From assembly GCA_039796775.1 (NCBI GenBank), contig JBDKJD010000003.1, positions 12,697 to 76,696 on the forward strand: 64,000 nt of DNA, given 5' to 3'. Under the pieces are notes generated by a model. That model was not told where the DNA came from, did no database searches, and saw nothing but the letters and a program-made list of their open reading frames with translations. Both the position numbers and the translations under genes were made by a program. The stretch comes from Candidatus Parcubacteria bacterium. Its GTDB lineage: Bacteria; Patescibacteriota; Minisyncoccia; Phycocordibacterales; UBA5272. The first letter of the stretch is position 1. Every line of letters starts with the position of its first letter. Below are positions 46,540-58,961 of this stretch, in pieces.

Positions 46540-46981
46540 AGGTTGGTAAGTTAGTTTGTTAGTGATTAGCGGTTAGCGGTCATTCTTTATTTATTAGTGT
46601 AGCAATAAGTTTATTTAGCATTTTAGCAATTTCTTCAATAAGCAATTCGTGTTGAAGTAAATTTTCTTCTTTAACAAACCCTAATCTTTTAGTAATAACT
46701 ACTTGAGTCTCGAGTTCAGAAAGAGACGCATAAGCTATTCTCAGGAACTGAACATACTCTTTTGTGTGTTTTCTTGAGAACCCTTCTGCGATATTTGAGG
46801 GGATTGATATCACAGACCTTCTCATCTGACTTGTTAAACCAAATAATTCTGTTTGAGGAAAAGAACTAGTGACTAAATAAATCTTTTCTACAAGGTCTAT
46901 ACTTTTTTGCCACACAATAAGTTCTTTATATGACTTCATAATACGACCAGTGACTAAACGCTAACGACTAGTGACTAATCA
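46540..46981 (-). mobile_element. Putative cassette: four-helix-bundle gene enclosed by inverted heptamer arrays
   Basis: Both intergenic flanks consist almost entirely of 7-nt-period repeats in inverted orientation; the unit splits the usual lemA-htpX pair. Mobility is inferred. Confidence 0.5.
46580..46939 (-). CDS. Four helix bundle protein (23S rRNA IVS protein / Avd-like family)
   Basis: SYKELIVWQKS, FP-x-x-E-x-FGLTSQMRRS-x-x-SIPSNIAEG, FL-x-IA-x-x-S-x-x-ELETQ. Confidence 0.95.
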   Translation of the reverse strand: MKSYKELIVWQKSIDLVEKIYLVTSSFPQTELFGLTSQMRRSVISIPSNIAEGFSRKHTKEYVQFLRIAYASLSELETQVVITKRLGFVKEENLLQHELLIEEIAKMLNKLIATLINKE

Positions 46982-47545
46982 TTAGAAGCTAACATTGACT
47001 GGGTTCTTGGCAGCTTGATCAGCTTCATCTAATTCGAAGAATACTTCTTCTGTGAATGAGAACATCTTGGCAATGAGATTACTAGGCACTGTCTGAATCT
47101 TAGTGTTATATGCCATAACGTTTGAATTATAGAATCTGCGAGCTGCCTGAATCTTATTCTCTGTGTCTGATAACTCATTTTGAAGCTGTAAGAAGTTCTG
47201 ATTTGATTTAAGATCAGGATAGCTTTCTGCTAATGCAAAGATGCTCTTGAGAGTCCCTGAGAGCATATTCTCAGCTTCTGCATGTTCCTTCCCTGTCCCT
47301 GTTGTCGCCATAGCCGCGTTGCGCGCTGCGACAACTTTCTCAAGAGTCGAAGTCTCGAAATTAGCTGAACCCTTAACAGTGCTCACAAGATTAGGGATAA
47401 GGTCATAACGACGCTTGAACTGCACTTCGATATCTGACCATGCTTCCTTCACTCTCATACGAAGAGTGACCAAGCTGTTGTACATCGCAATAACGATAAC
47501 AATGAGAACCGCCAAAACAATTAAACCGATAATAAGTGGTGACAT
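46982..47545 (-). CDS. lemA: LemA family protein
   Basis: AWSDI-x-VQFKRR-x-DLIPNLV, ESYPDLKSN-x-NF, ENKI-x-x-ARRFYN; start at ATG 47545. Confidence 0.95.
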   Translation of the reverse strand: MSPLIIGLIVLAVLIVIVIAMYNSLVTLRMRVKEAWSDIEVQFKRRYDLIPNLVSTVKGSANFETSTLEKVVAARNAAMATTGTGKEHAEAENMLSGTLKSIFALAESYPDLKSNQNFLQLQNELSDTENKIQAARRFYNSNVMAYNTKIQTVPSNLIAKMFSFTEEVFFELDEADQAAKNPVNVSF

Positions 47546-47769
47546 AAATATACGTTTCTTTTTCAATTAGCCTCCCCTGAATTCAGTCATAACTGTCTTC
47601 ATAATCAAGGTAAGGTACATCTAATAGTACAAAAAGGAGCCTCAAAGTCAAGAAAAAAATAGCTTCAAAAAAAGATTCTCTGTGAATAGACAAGATGGGA
47701 TTCTGTTGTCTTATTTATCTCTTATTTTACTTGTCTTTTTTGACACTTTTGTTACTATGAGAAGTATCT

Positions 47770-49527
47770 ATGAAAAACGAGTCTCAATCATCACTTCTTA
47801 ATAAAAAGCGTCACTCTCTCGCCCATATCCTTTTAATGGCAATCAAAGATGTTTACCCGTCTGCGCTTCCAACTATTGGTCCAGTGACCGAAAACGGCTT
47901 TTATTATGATATAGATTTCGGCACACAGAAGGTTGGTGTAGACGAACTCCCTCTTCTCCAGTCAAAAATGATCGAAATCCTCAAACAGAATCTCGACTTC
48001 CGTGTAGAAGAGGTCTCACAAATAAAAGCCAAAGAACTTTTCTCATCTAATAAATATAAACTTGAGATTATTGATGGTATTGTAGAAGAAAACGTTCCTG
48101 TGACACTCTATCATACAGGAGACACTTTTTTTGATCTATGCGAAGGCCCACATGTTGAGAACACATCTCTCATCGCTATTGATTCATTTAAGTTAGAGAA
48201 AGTGGCAGGAGCGTATTGGAGAGGAGATGAAAAGCGAGAGATGCTCACCCGTATCTATGGTATTGCATTTGATACAAAAGAAGAACTAGGTGCGTATGAA
48301 ACTCAATTAGAGGAAGCTAAGAAAAGAGATCACAGAATCGTTGGTCAACAATTGAAATTATTCACCTTCTCACCTTTGGTGGGTCCTGGTCTACCACTGT
48401 GGACACCACGCGGCACAATACTTCGTCAGAAGATTGACTCGTATGTTCAGGAGTTACGATCACAATACAATTATCAACCAGTAGCGATTCCTCATATCAC
48501 CAAAAAAGATTTATATCTTAAAAGTGGTCACTGGGAGAAATATGCTGAGGATCTTTTCAAAATAGACACACGCGACGGGCATACCTATTGTATGAAGCCG
48601 ATGAACTGTCCTCATCATACACAAATATATGCGAGTGAGTTACGATCATACAAAGAACTTCCTGTACGTTACTCTGAGACAACAATGGTATATCGTGATG
48701 AACAGTCAGGAGAACTCTCTGGACTTAATCGTGTCCTCTCTATCACTCAAGATGACGCGCATGTCTTTTGTCGTGAATCACAATTAGAAGCGGAAGTTGA
48801 AGGTATTTGGGATTTGATCGAGCGATTCTATTCTACTTTTGGCTACAAGGAATTAATTCCTCGCTTTTCAAGACGAAACAATGAACCAAAGTACAAAGGC
48901 TCAGACGAAATATGGCAGAAAGCGGAAGGCGCTATCAAGAATTTGATTGAAAAGAAATCAAACAACAATTGGATAGACGGCGAAGGGGAAGCTGCATTTT
49001 ACGGACCAAAAGTTGACTTCATGGCCAAGGACTCTCTCGGCCGCACATGGCAAGTGGGAACTATTCAAATAGACTTCTTGCAACCGACCAACTTCGGACT
49101 AGAGTATGTATCAGAAGAAGGTAAACGTGAGATGCCTGTCATGATACATTGCGCAATCGCTGGCTCTCTCGAAAGATTCTTGTCTATTTATATAGAACAC
49201 GTTGGCGGCAACTTCCCTCTTTGGTTGTCACCTGTGCAAGTTGCTGTGCTTCCGATCAATGAAAAGCATCATAGCTACACACAAGGTATAGTTGAAACTC
49301 TAAGAAAAAATGGGTTACGTGTAGAATTAGATACTTCAAAAGATGGGCTCGGTAAAAAAGTGCGTTATCAAAAAGAAATGAAGACACCATACTGGCTTGT
49401 AATCGGCGATAAAGACATGGAGGCGAATAAGGTGACACTAGAATCTCGTGATAATGGTAATCTTGGACAAATGAGCATTGAAGAATTGATAGTTAAATTA
49501 GGAGAAGAGGTTACAAAAAAGATTTAA
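47770..49527 (+). CDS. thrS: Threonyl-tRNA synthetase (no N-terminal TGS domain)
   Basis: RHSLAH, DLCEGPH, RDHR, KPMNCP, AAFYGPK, GSLERF. Confidence 0.98.
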   Translation: MKNESQSSLLNKKRHSLAHILLMAIKDVYPSALPTIGPVTENGFYYDIDFGTQKVGVDELPLLQSKMIEILKQNLDFRVEEVSQIKAKELFSSNKYKLEIIDGIVEENVPVTLYHTGDTFFDLCEGPHVENTSLIAIDSFKLEKVAGAYWRGDEKREMLTRIYGIAFDTKEELGAYETQLEEAKKRDHRIVGQQLKLFTFSPLVGPGLPLWTPRGTILRQKIDSYVQELRSQYNYQPVAIPHITKKDLYLKSGHWEKYAEDLFKIDTRDGHTYCMKPMNCPHHTQIYASELRSYKELPVRYSETTMVYRDEQSGELSGLNRVLSITQDDAHVFCRESQLEAEVEGIWDLIERFYSTFGYKELIPRFSRRNNEPKYKGSDEIWQKAEGAIKNLIEKKSNNNWIDGEGEAAFYGPKVDFMAKDSLGRTWQVGTIQIDFLQPTNFGLEYVSEEGKREMPVMIHCAIAGSLERFLSIYIEHVGGNFPLWLSPVQVAVLPINEKHHSYTQGIVETLRKNGLRVELDTSKDGLGKKVRYQKEMKTPYWLVIGDKDMEANKVTLESRDNGNLGQMSIEELIVKLGEEVTKKI

Positions 49528-49542
49528 GCTGACTATAAAAAT

Positions 49543-49574
49543 AATGCCCTCAAACCTTTAGGTTTGAGGGCATT
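49543..49574. terminator. Intrinsic terminator after thrS
   Basis: AATGCCCTCAAACC-ttta-GGTTTGAGGGCATT. Confidence 0.75.
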
Positions 49575-49598
49575 TGTGATGTGCTTACACTGAGCACA

Positions 49599-49829
49599 TC
49601 ACTCATCTAAGTGGAGCTCTCCTTGTTTTGGTTGCCAACCACCACATGTGCCAGCAGATAGCGGTGACGCAAGTTGTTGTGTCTGACAAGGGGCAGGAGT
49701 ACCATTCCCATTCCAAGCTGTGACACACTCACCTAGGGCACGCCAAGCATCAAAGCAGTCTTGGGCTGGTGATGGATTAACAAGGCCACCACCCTGTTCA
49801 GTTACCACCCCACTGTTTGGTGTTTCCAT
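49599..49829 (-). CDS. Small Cys-containing hypothetical protein
   Basis: 76 aa with 4 Cys; preceded by a rare clear SD (AAGGAG). Confidence 0.55.
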   Translation of the reverse strand: METPNSGVVTEQGGGLVNPSPAQDCFDAWRALGECVTAWNGNGTPAPCQTQQLASPLSAGTCGGWQPKQGELHLDE

Positions 49830-50372
49830 GATTGCTCCTTATAAAAAATAACAACACACATATTATACTATGTAAATAGTTTTTTGTCAAAGAAAAAACC
49901 TTGCGTTTAAACGTAAAGGTTTGTAATCAACGAGTGAGAGCGGAGAGAATTATTGTTAGCTACACGTCTGCTGTTGTGTTTGAGGAGTTGAACCTCCTTG
50001 TTGCTTTGGAGGGTAATAAGCTCCCTGTTGAGCAACACGAGGGCGGCCTCCTTGGTCAGTGCTTGAATGGGGACTCCCCGACCCATGTTGTTTTTGGAGG
50101 CTTTGTTCAAACTAGGGATATCGACTCATCTAAATCTCCTTCATCATTGGCTGCAAAAAATCTTTGTTGACGGGTTTCAATATAGACACACCCATCATAA
50201 AAGAGCTGATCATTAGACGCTTCAGCATGATTACTCATACGCATCTACTCCTAAAAGAAGACTATTATCATGTCACAGATATGTTCCCTTATCAATATAC
50301 TTTAAACCAGTCTAGTAACGCGAAGACTTTAATAATGAGGATGTTAAATCTAAATTAAAGTCTGTATGTGGT

Positions 50373-50891
50373 TTATTCTAAAATAGAATATTCTTTGTGA
50401 AGAGTAATAGAGAGCTCTGCGGCTTTTGCTTTAGTGATTGTATCTCCTGTACCTGTAGAATTGTTCACCTGGAACGCGAATACCTCATCAGAGAATGTCA
50501 CCTCTTCATTGTGGCGTAGATCGTACTCTTCTTGAGTGATATCGCCTTCTATCTTTTTCACTTCGAGAATCGCAGCTGGATTATGTTTTTGTATATAACG
50601 AAGCACTCGTTCTACGTCATTGATAGCTTCATCTGTAACTGGTGAGTGCTTCCAATTCTTGTGATAGTCAGAAATAAAATGATCAAGTTTTGCGGGGATA
50701 AAAATACGAATTCGTGAACACATTGGATCATGTTTAATCCATTCATCCATAGCATAATAATCAACTCCTGTAGCTCCACCTGTTACCATTCCATCACCAC
50801 GAGAAAAGACTTCGCGCGCAGCCGCACGAACATCGCATTCAACTTCTGTATTAGTGAGACGCCATGTCCCTGTGAAAATAATCCAACGCAT
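50373..50891 (-). CDS. SLOG superfamily (DprA/LOG-like) protein
   Basis: IIFTG, VTGGATGVD, STGT-x-DTI-x-KA. Confidence 0.75.
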   Translation of the reverse strand: MRWIIFTGTWRLTNTEVECDVRAAAREVFSRGDGMVTGGATGVDYYAMDEWIKHDPMCSRIRIFIPAKLDHFISDYHKNWKHSPVTDEAINDVERVLRYIQKHNPAAILEVKKIEGDITQEEYDLRHNEEVTFSDEVFAFQVNNSTGTGDTITKAKAAELSITLHKEYSILE

Positions 50892-50946
50892 ATAAGAGAT
50901 GCTATTCTACCACAAAAAACATTAGTATAGTTTGACCTACACCTTC

Positions 50947-53025
<2,079 letters not shown>

Positions 53026-53111
53026 TTAAATTAATACACTTAATTATAGCATTTAAAGCACTAGAAAGCGAGTGGAAAATTGACAATATTATCCTTATTT
53101 TTCAAGGTTTT

Positions 53112-54437
53112 TTATATGTATTTTTTGAGCTCTTTTATAAAAAGGTCGTTACGTTCATATTCATTATTAAAATACTTTGAAAAAGAAGCAAATCCAGGGC
53201 TAAATAAAATAATATCCCCCTCTTTCGCGAGAGTGAAAGCTTTTTCTATACACTCTTCTAAAGTTTCAAAAAGATACTTTTTTGGAAGTGATATGGTGTC
53301 AGTCCCAGTTCCAGAAAGATAAATGACTTCTTGTGTATGACTCTCTAGGTATATCTCGTATTCTTCCTTCGGTAGACCCTTATCAGCTCCTCCTGTTATA
53401 ACCAAAGGGCTTTTATCGAATGCTTCTTCTATTGCCTTGATACCAGCAACAACAGCGTCACCTGTAGTTGCGTTATTATCATTAAACACACGAACACCTC
53501 GGAAAAGACCAAGATCTTCTAAGCGTCCATCTACTGGCTTAAACGTAGCGATAGCAGTATCAATTTCTTCGTCAGTTAATCCACACTGAAGGGCAGCTTC
53601 GTATGCGAGTCCTGCGGACATCTGATTATGCTCACCTATCATATTCATTGGCACCACTCTTTTTGAAGCAACGATCATAGCCTGTCGCTTATCCCTCTTT
53701 AGGATTTCGTCTTGAGCCTGCGGACTTACGATGAGAACATCATGCTTCTCCTGATTTCGGTAAATAGCAGCCTTGTCATTAAAGTACGCCTCTTTATCGT
53801 TCTTATAATAATTCATATGATCATCCATGAAGCTAGTGAAGACTGAAATGTGGGGTGAAATATTCATATCCCTAAACCCTTGGAGCTGCCAACTGTCAAG
53901 TTCTAGCACTAGATAATCACCATCTTCTACCTCGTCTAACAAAGGAAGGTTAGCAACTCCGCGAATATTTCCTCCAAGCTTAACACTTATACCGTTTTCT
54001 TTAAGGATGTGTGAGATAAGTTGTGTCACTGTGCTCTTGCCTCTTGTGCCAGTGACCCCAATAACAGTAACATCAGGAAGCCTCCCCATACATATGGAAA
54101 CCACTTTTGCTGCAGTCATATACACTGGCACTCCGTGTTTTTTGGCATGAAGAAGGTATTCGCTGTCAAACGGCACACCAGCCGCTTTTATAATAAAATC
54201 TCTATTTTCAAAGTCTTCCATCTTGTGTTCACCAAGATGGTAGATAATATTGTCAAACTCTTCTAATTCTTTAACAGAACTACTAAGCTGCTCTCTCGTC
54301 TTTTTATCTGTAACTATTACCTCTCCGCAATGTAATGCTAGAAAACGAGAATCCCCTACACCACGACCAAGCAACCCAAGCCCCATAACAGTTACTTTCT
54401 TTCCTTTAAAAAAATCTTCGTATAGTTCTTTCTTCAT
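53112..54437 (-). CDS. murD: UDP-MurNAc-L-Ala D-Glu ligase
   Basis: GLG-x-x-G, GVTGTRGKST, GGNI, LELDSWQL, GGADKG, SPGFAS. Confidence 0.92.
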   Translation of the reverse strand: MKKELYEDFFKGKKVTVMGLGLLGRGVGDSRFLALHCGEVIVTDKKTREQLSSSVKELEEFDNIIYHLGEHKMEDFENRDFIIKAAGVPFDSEYLLHAKKHGVPVYMTAAKVVSICMGRLPDVTVIGVTGTRGKSTVTQLISHILKENGISVKLGGNIRGVANLPLLDEVEDGDYLVLELDSWQLQGFRDMNISPHISVFTSFMDDHMNYYKNDKEAYFNDKAAIYRNQEKHDVLIVSPQAQDEILKRDKRQAMIVASKRVVPMNMIGEHNQMSAGLAYEAALQCGLTDEEIDTAIATFKPVDGRLEDLGLFRGVRVFNDNNATTGDAVVAGIKAIEEAFDKSPLVITGGADKGLPKEEYEIYLESHTQEVIYLSGTGTDTISLPKKYLFETLEECIEKAFTLAKEGDIILFSPGFASFSKYFNNEYERNDLFIKELKKYI

Positions 54438-54444
54438 ACTCTAT

Positions 54445-55707
54445 TTACACAAAATCAATTTTATTAATCTCTTCGAATGCATTTCCTGCACCCATATTCA
54501 CAATCACAGTCTTCTCTCTTGTATAAGAATTGACGAAAGACGCAATAAGAGAAAGTGAATCTAGTTTTTTAGCGTTACCTCCTTTTGTGTTAATGGCTTC
54601 AACGACAATATCCTGATTAATCACCGTGTCGTCTTCTAATCGCGCCTTATAAATGGGAAGAATATACACCTCGTCAACTTCACTCAACACTTCAACAAAA
54701 TCTGACAGCAGTACCTTAGTACGAGAATACAGGTGAGGCTGAAATAGCATAACAATATACCACTCTCCTTTAGGAAACTTTTCTCTTAGGGCTTTGTGTG
54801 TAGCAAGAATCTCTGCAGGGTGATGACCATAATCATCATAAACTGCTATGCCTGCTTTTGTTGTGCCTTTATATTCCATTCTTCTCCATGTCCCTGGAAA
54901 TGATAAGAGTCCCTTTCGTATCTTCTCTTCATCAAGCCCAAGAGACTTGAGTAAGGTTAGAACAAGACTCGCGTTTTCTCTATTATGTGTGCCAGGCACT
55001 GAGAGGCTAATCGTTGTCCCAACCTCAGCATCCACAGCAATATGTTTAGCTGATGTTGAGAGAGTTACATTTGGATGTGTCACAAGAACCCCTTCACTGT
55101 CTAGTTTTTCTACGAATGACTGAAAAGCGCTTCGTATATCATCGATATCTTTATAATAGTCCAAGTGGTCGGCGTCGATATTTGTGACAATGACATGAGT
55201 TGGGTGAAGGTTTAAAAATGATCGCTTATATTCACACGCTTCAACAATTAAATAGTCACTATCTCCTGCAATAAAGTTAGTACCACCTTCTGCCAACAAG
55301 CTTCCCACAATAACCGTTGGACGGATACCGCATGCCTTCATAGCATAATAAGTCATCGCAGTAGTTGTAGTCTTACCGTGGGTACCACATATTGCTATTG
55401 TGGTTTTCTCTTTCGTTACTTCACCTAATGCTTCTGGATATGTCCTTAGCTCTAAACCTCGCTTCTTAGCTTCTTCGTATTCTGGATTAGTGTCGAGTAC
55501 GGCAATAGAGTAAACAACTTTTGCAACATCCTCAGTAACATGAGAAGCATCATGACCTTGGTAAAAAATAACTCCTTCTTTCTCGAGTGCTTTGGTTAAG
55601 TCTGATGCCGCACTATCTGACCCAGAAACTTCATGGCCTTGTGACTTGTAGTACCTAGCTAACGCAGAAAGTCCTATTCCTCCTATTCCAATGCAGTGAA
55701 TCTTCAT
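54445..55707 (-). CDS. murC: UDP-MurNAc L-Ala ligase
   Basis: IGIGGIG, GTHGKTTT, EACEY, DDYGHHP, FQPH-x-YSRT, MGAG. Confidence 0.95.
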   Translation of the reverse strand: MKIHCIGIGGIGLSALARYYKSQGHEVSGSDSAASDLTKALEKEGVIFYQGHDASHVTEDVAKVVYSIAVLDTNPEYEEAKKRGLELRTYPEALGEVTKEKTTIAICGTHGKTTTTAMTYYAMKACGIRPTVIVGSLLAEGGTNFIAGDSDYLIVEACEYKRSFLNLHPTHVIVTNIDADHLDYYKDIDDIRSAFQSFVEKLDSEGVLVTHPNVTLSTSAKHIAVDAEVGTTISLSVPGTHNRENASLVLTLLKSLGLDEEKIRKGLLSFPGTWRRMEYKGTTKAGIAVYDDYGHHPAEILATHKALREKFPKGEWYIVMLFQPHLYSRTKVLLSDFVEVLSEVDEVYILPIYKARLEDDTVINQDIVVEAINTKGGNAKKLDSLSLIASFVNSYTREKTVIVNMGAGNAFEEINKIDFV

Positions 55708-55753
55708 ATATAAAGTTGTACCAAAAAATGCTATTAAATGCTAGTATTAGGAG

Positions 55754-56440
55754 ATGAAAGCAATTATTCTATGCGGCGGTCGTGGCGCGCGTATGGCACC
55801 CCTGACTGACGCACTCCCTAAACCAATGCTTACCGTGCTTGATAAAAATCTTATCGAATGGAAATTGGAAGCTCTTCCAAACAACGTAGAAGAAATTATT
55901 CTTGTGGTTGGGTATTTAAAGAAGAAGATCAGCGACTACTTCGGCGACACATGGAATAGTATCCCTATACGTTATATAGAACAACATGTACTCGATGGCA
56001 CAGGTGGAGCTATTGCATTATGTGAACCATATATAAACGATAGAGCTCTCATCATGATGGGAGATGATATCTATGATAAAAAAGACTTAGAACAACTATC
56101 TAAGCATCCTTTCTCAATGCTTGTTGTAGACGGCGGAGAAGAAGCAAAAAATATAAAAGCAGGCAAAGTTGTAGAACGTGACGGACTATTCATTGGATTA
56201 AATGAAGGCCTTGCAGACACTGGGGTTGAGACGACGCTCATTAATGCAGCGGCGTACACTATATCAAAAAAATATTTTAACTATGAAAAAGTAAAAGTGA
56301 GCGAGAATGAGTACGGGCTCCCTCACACCCTTGTATCAGTTGCCAAAGATCACCCTGTACATATCATAAAAACAGATGCTTGGATACAGATCACAACACC
56401 AAATTGCTTACAGAAAGCCGCCGAAAGAATAAGTAAATAG
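55754..56440 (+). CDS. Sugar-phosphate nucleotidyltransferase family protein
   Basis: ILCGGRGARM-x-PLT-x-x-x-PKPML, GTGGA, GDD. Confidence 0.9.
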   Translation: MKAIILCGGRGARMAPLTDALPKPMLTVLDKNLIEWKLEALPNNVEEIILVVGYLKKKISDYFGDTWNSIPIRYIEQHVLDGTGGAIALCEPYINDRALIMMGDDIYDKKDLEQLSKHPFSMLVVDGGEEAKNIKAGKVVERDGLFIGLNEGLADTGVETTLINAAAYTISKKYFNYEKVKVSENEYGLPHTLVSVAKDHPVHIIKTDAWIQITTPNCLQKAAERISK

Positions 56441-56538
56441 AATACAAAAGAGCTACTACGTACCGCTTATCAGCTTAGCAATCACGAACCTAAATACCAT
56501 TCACTCTACACACTATAAGCTAGTAACTATCGACTGTT

Positions 56539-58455
56539 TTATCTCACCTCGAAGCCTTTTTCTTTTAGGGCTGCATACACTTTATCAGCTACAGCATTAG
56601 CCTCTTCGTCTGTGAGCGTTCTGTCACTTGACTGAAGAACCATACGAAAGGCGTAGGATGTCTTTTGTGTTCCATCTTCAAATGTCTTCTGAAATGTATC
56701 GAACATATCACATGAAATAACAAGAGATGGAAGTGCTCCCTTAATCGCATTCATAATATCAGGAAACGTAATACCTGTTGGTACAAACACCGCCACATCT
56801 CTCACAATAAAAGGATATGGTGACACAGGTTGATATGACGAAGTTAATGTATGTGAGGTAAGTGGAATATATTCAGTCTTTTCTTCAAGACTGCTTATAA
56901 GTGCATCAAAATCAATCACAACACAATACGGTTTAGTTGATGCAACAACAAATGGTATCGAGTCTACCTGAAGCGCATCTTTGATATTAGAAACAATAGC
57001 TACAATATCTGCTTCATATGATGATTTCTTCTTGCCGTCGTCTATCAATAGTGCGAGCTCACGTCTCTCACCTTCTTTAGTGAAAACATTACCGAACTCA
57101 TAGAGTTTGATGAGGTTTGTTTTAAGAAGTGGAGCGTTCTGCATATTGAGTGAAAATGCATGCATCACCCCACCTGAGAGACTAGAACGCAATACCTCTT
57201 TATCACTCGCAAGACCTTTTTTGATTCTGACTTCTCCTTGATTACCAAATGAATACGTCATAATATCAGAAAAGTCATGAGCAAAAAGAATATTCCTCAC
57301 AATATTCTCATATGCGAGCCGTTTATGTGGGATGCCTTTTCGTTTTAGATCAGGTAACACACTTGGTACAGAATTGAGACCGTTGATGCGTACTATTTCT
57401 TCAATAATATCTTCCTTGGCAACAATATCGAGACGGTTGAGCGGTGGTGCGATAACAAACACTCCATTATCTTCTGTATACAAAAAATTAAGCGCCTCAA
57501 ATACACTAACAACTTTTTCTCTTTGATATGACGTTCCTAAATAACGATTGACTTCTGCCAAAGTAATTCTTATAGTTCTCTGTTGTTCTTCTCTTCCTTT
57601 CACATCAACAATATTACTAATCACCGCTCCTTCATTTTGTTTTTTGATAAGAGCGATCGTCATACGAAGCCCTTCTTCAACCAAAGAATCACTCAATTCG
57701 TTTTCAAAACGCTTTGAAGCATCTGTTCTTATGCCATAGGCTTGAGATGTTTTCCTTATAAGAACAGGATTAAAGTTAGCAGATTCCAAAATAACACTTG
57801 TCGTAGTGCTGCTTATCCCTGAATACTTGCCTCCTTTTATACCAGCCAAACCAAGAGGTTTTTTGGTATCTGCGATGACAAGTGTTTTTTCATTAAGAGA
57901 TAATTCTTTGTCATCTAATGTGACAAGAGATTCTCCACTACGTGCGAAACGGGCAATAAGCGTAGCGTCTTCTACAAGACTTGCATCATAGGCATGCATC
58001 GGTTTGTTGATAGCGAATTGCACATAATTAGTAATATCAACGATTGAGTTAATACTCTTTTGTCCTATAGCAAGAAGTTGCTTCTTGAGCCATTCTGGAG
58101 ATTCGGTGACAGTAACTCCATCAATACGAACTGACATGAATCTGGTACACGCATCTCTATCTTCTATTACAATGTGAGGTGGGGTGACAGCAGTGTCCCC
58201 TTCTCCTTCATAATACATCTCAGGGTCGACGAATGTCGTCTTACATAATGCTGTGACATCACGTGCAATACCACGATGAGAGAGAGCATCATGTGCACGA
58301 TTAGGTAATACTTTGATATCAAAAACATCATCACCCTCATACTGTGTCACTTCTTCAATTTCAAAAGCATTGAGCGTAATAAGCTCTTTAAGCGTCTCTG
58401 TATCGTTAAGTGTTTCTTTGCTATATGTTTGTAGCCATTGTTTGCTGAATTTCAT
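56539..58455 (-). CDS. pheT: Phenylalanyl-tRNA synthetase beta subunit (reduced)
   Basis: PNRAHDALSH-x-GIAR, VDITNY, P-x-HAYD, ESANF, RTDASKRFE, C-terminal FDX-ACB (RDVA...RTLTDEE). Confidence 0.95.
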   Translation of the reverse strand: MKFSKQWLQTYSKETLNDTETLKELITLNAFEIEEVTQYEGDDVFDIKVLPNRAHDALSHRGIARDVTALCKTTFVDPEMYYEGEGDTAVTPPHIVIEDRDACTRFMSVRIDGVTVTESPEWLKKQLLAIGQKSINSIVDITNYVQFAINKPMHAYDASLVEDATLIARFARSGESLVTLDDKELSLNEKTLVIADTKKPLGLAGIKGGKYSGISSTTTSVILESANFNPVLIRKTSQAYGIRTDASKRFENELSDSLVEEGLRMTIALIKKQNEGAVISNIVDVKGREEQQRTIRITLAEVNRYLGTSYQREKVVSVFEALNFLYTEDNGVFVIAPPLNRLDIVAKEDIIEEIVRINGLNSVPSVLPDLKRKGIPHKRLAYENIVRNILFAHDFSDIMTYSFGNQGEVRIKKGLASDKEVLRSSLSGGVMHAFSLNMQNAPLLKTNLIKLYEFGNVFTKEGERRELALLIDDGKKKSSYEADIVAIVSNIKDALQVDSIPFVVASTKPYCVVIDFDALISSLEEKTEYIPLTSHTLTSSYQPVSPYPFIVRDVAVFVPTGITFPDIMNAIKGALPSLVISCDMFDTFQKTFEDGTQKTSYAFRMVLQSSDRTLTDEEANAVADKVYAALKEKGFEVR

Positions 58456-58512
58456 ATGTATAAGATATCGGTTAAAAGGATGTCTGACATTATACTACAA
58501 CAATACTATAAT

Positions 58513-58959
58513 TTACTCATCTTCGCCATCTAGGCGTCCGAGAAACCCCGAACCCTGTTCGGGGTTTCGATTGTCCCTAAGATAAAGACTTGCTACTCTT
58601 CTTTTTATTTCTTCAAATTTTTTATTTGACAGTTTCCCAAGTTTTCTCAAAAGCCTTTTATTACTCAAGTGGCGCATTTGATGCAAAATGATGCAACTTT
58701 CCTGTTCATTGTGAGTGTAGGCATAAAAGTAAGAACCTTGTTTCTTTTTTGTTGTAATAGGTAATCACAAAAAAGCATTTGAGTTCAATTTTTTAAAAAC
58801 AAGAACGGGTCTTTCTCAAGACTCATTTTTGCCATCTATTTCTTCGCCAAGATTCTTCCCAAGACTGCACCACCAAATATCTCTTTCGCTAAATATAGGC
58901 CCTTCTTTTTCTGATAAATTACTTTTTACAGAAATCCATTTTGAGAATTCTTCTTTCGT
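58513..58959 (-). pseudogene. PemK/MazF-like toxin pseudogene (ACG start, two in-frame TGA)
   Basis: Single frame: (T)KEEFSKW...ERDIWWCSLGKNLGEEIDGKNES*ERPVLVFKK...FL*LPITT...LHQMRHLSNKRL; TGA at 58816-58818 and 58765-58767. Confidence 0.8.
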
Positions 58960-58961
58960 TT

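Noticed and set aside
46580-46939. Diversity-generating retroelement
   Set aside because: The protein is Avd-like, but no reverse transcriptase or TR/VR repeat pair was seen in the window.
49901-50358. Protein-coding genes at 49901-50170 and 50164-50358
   Set aside because: Weak TTG starts and no recognisable motifs; possibly remnants but not supportable.
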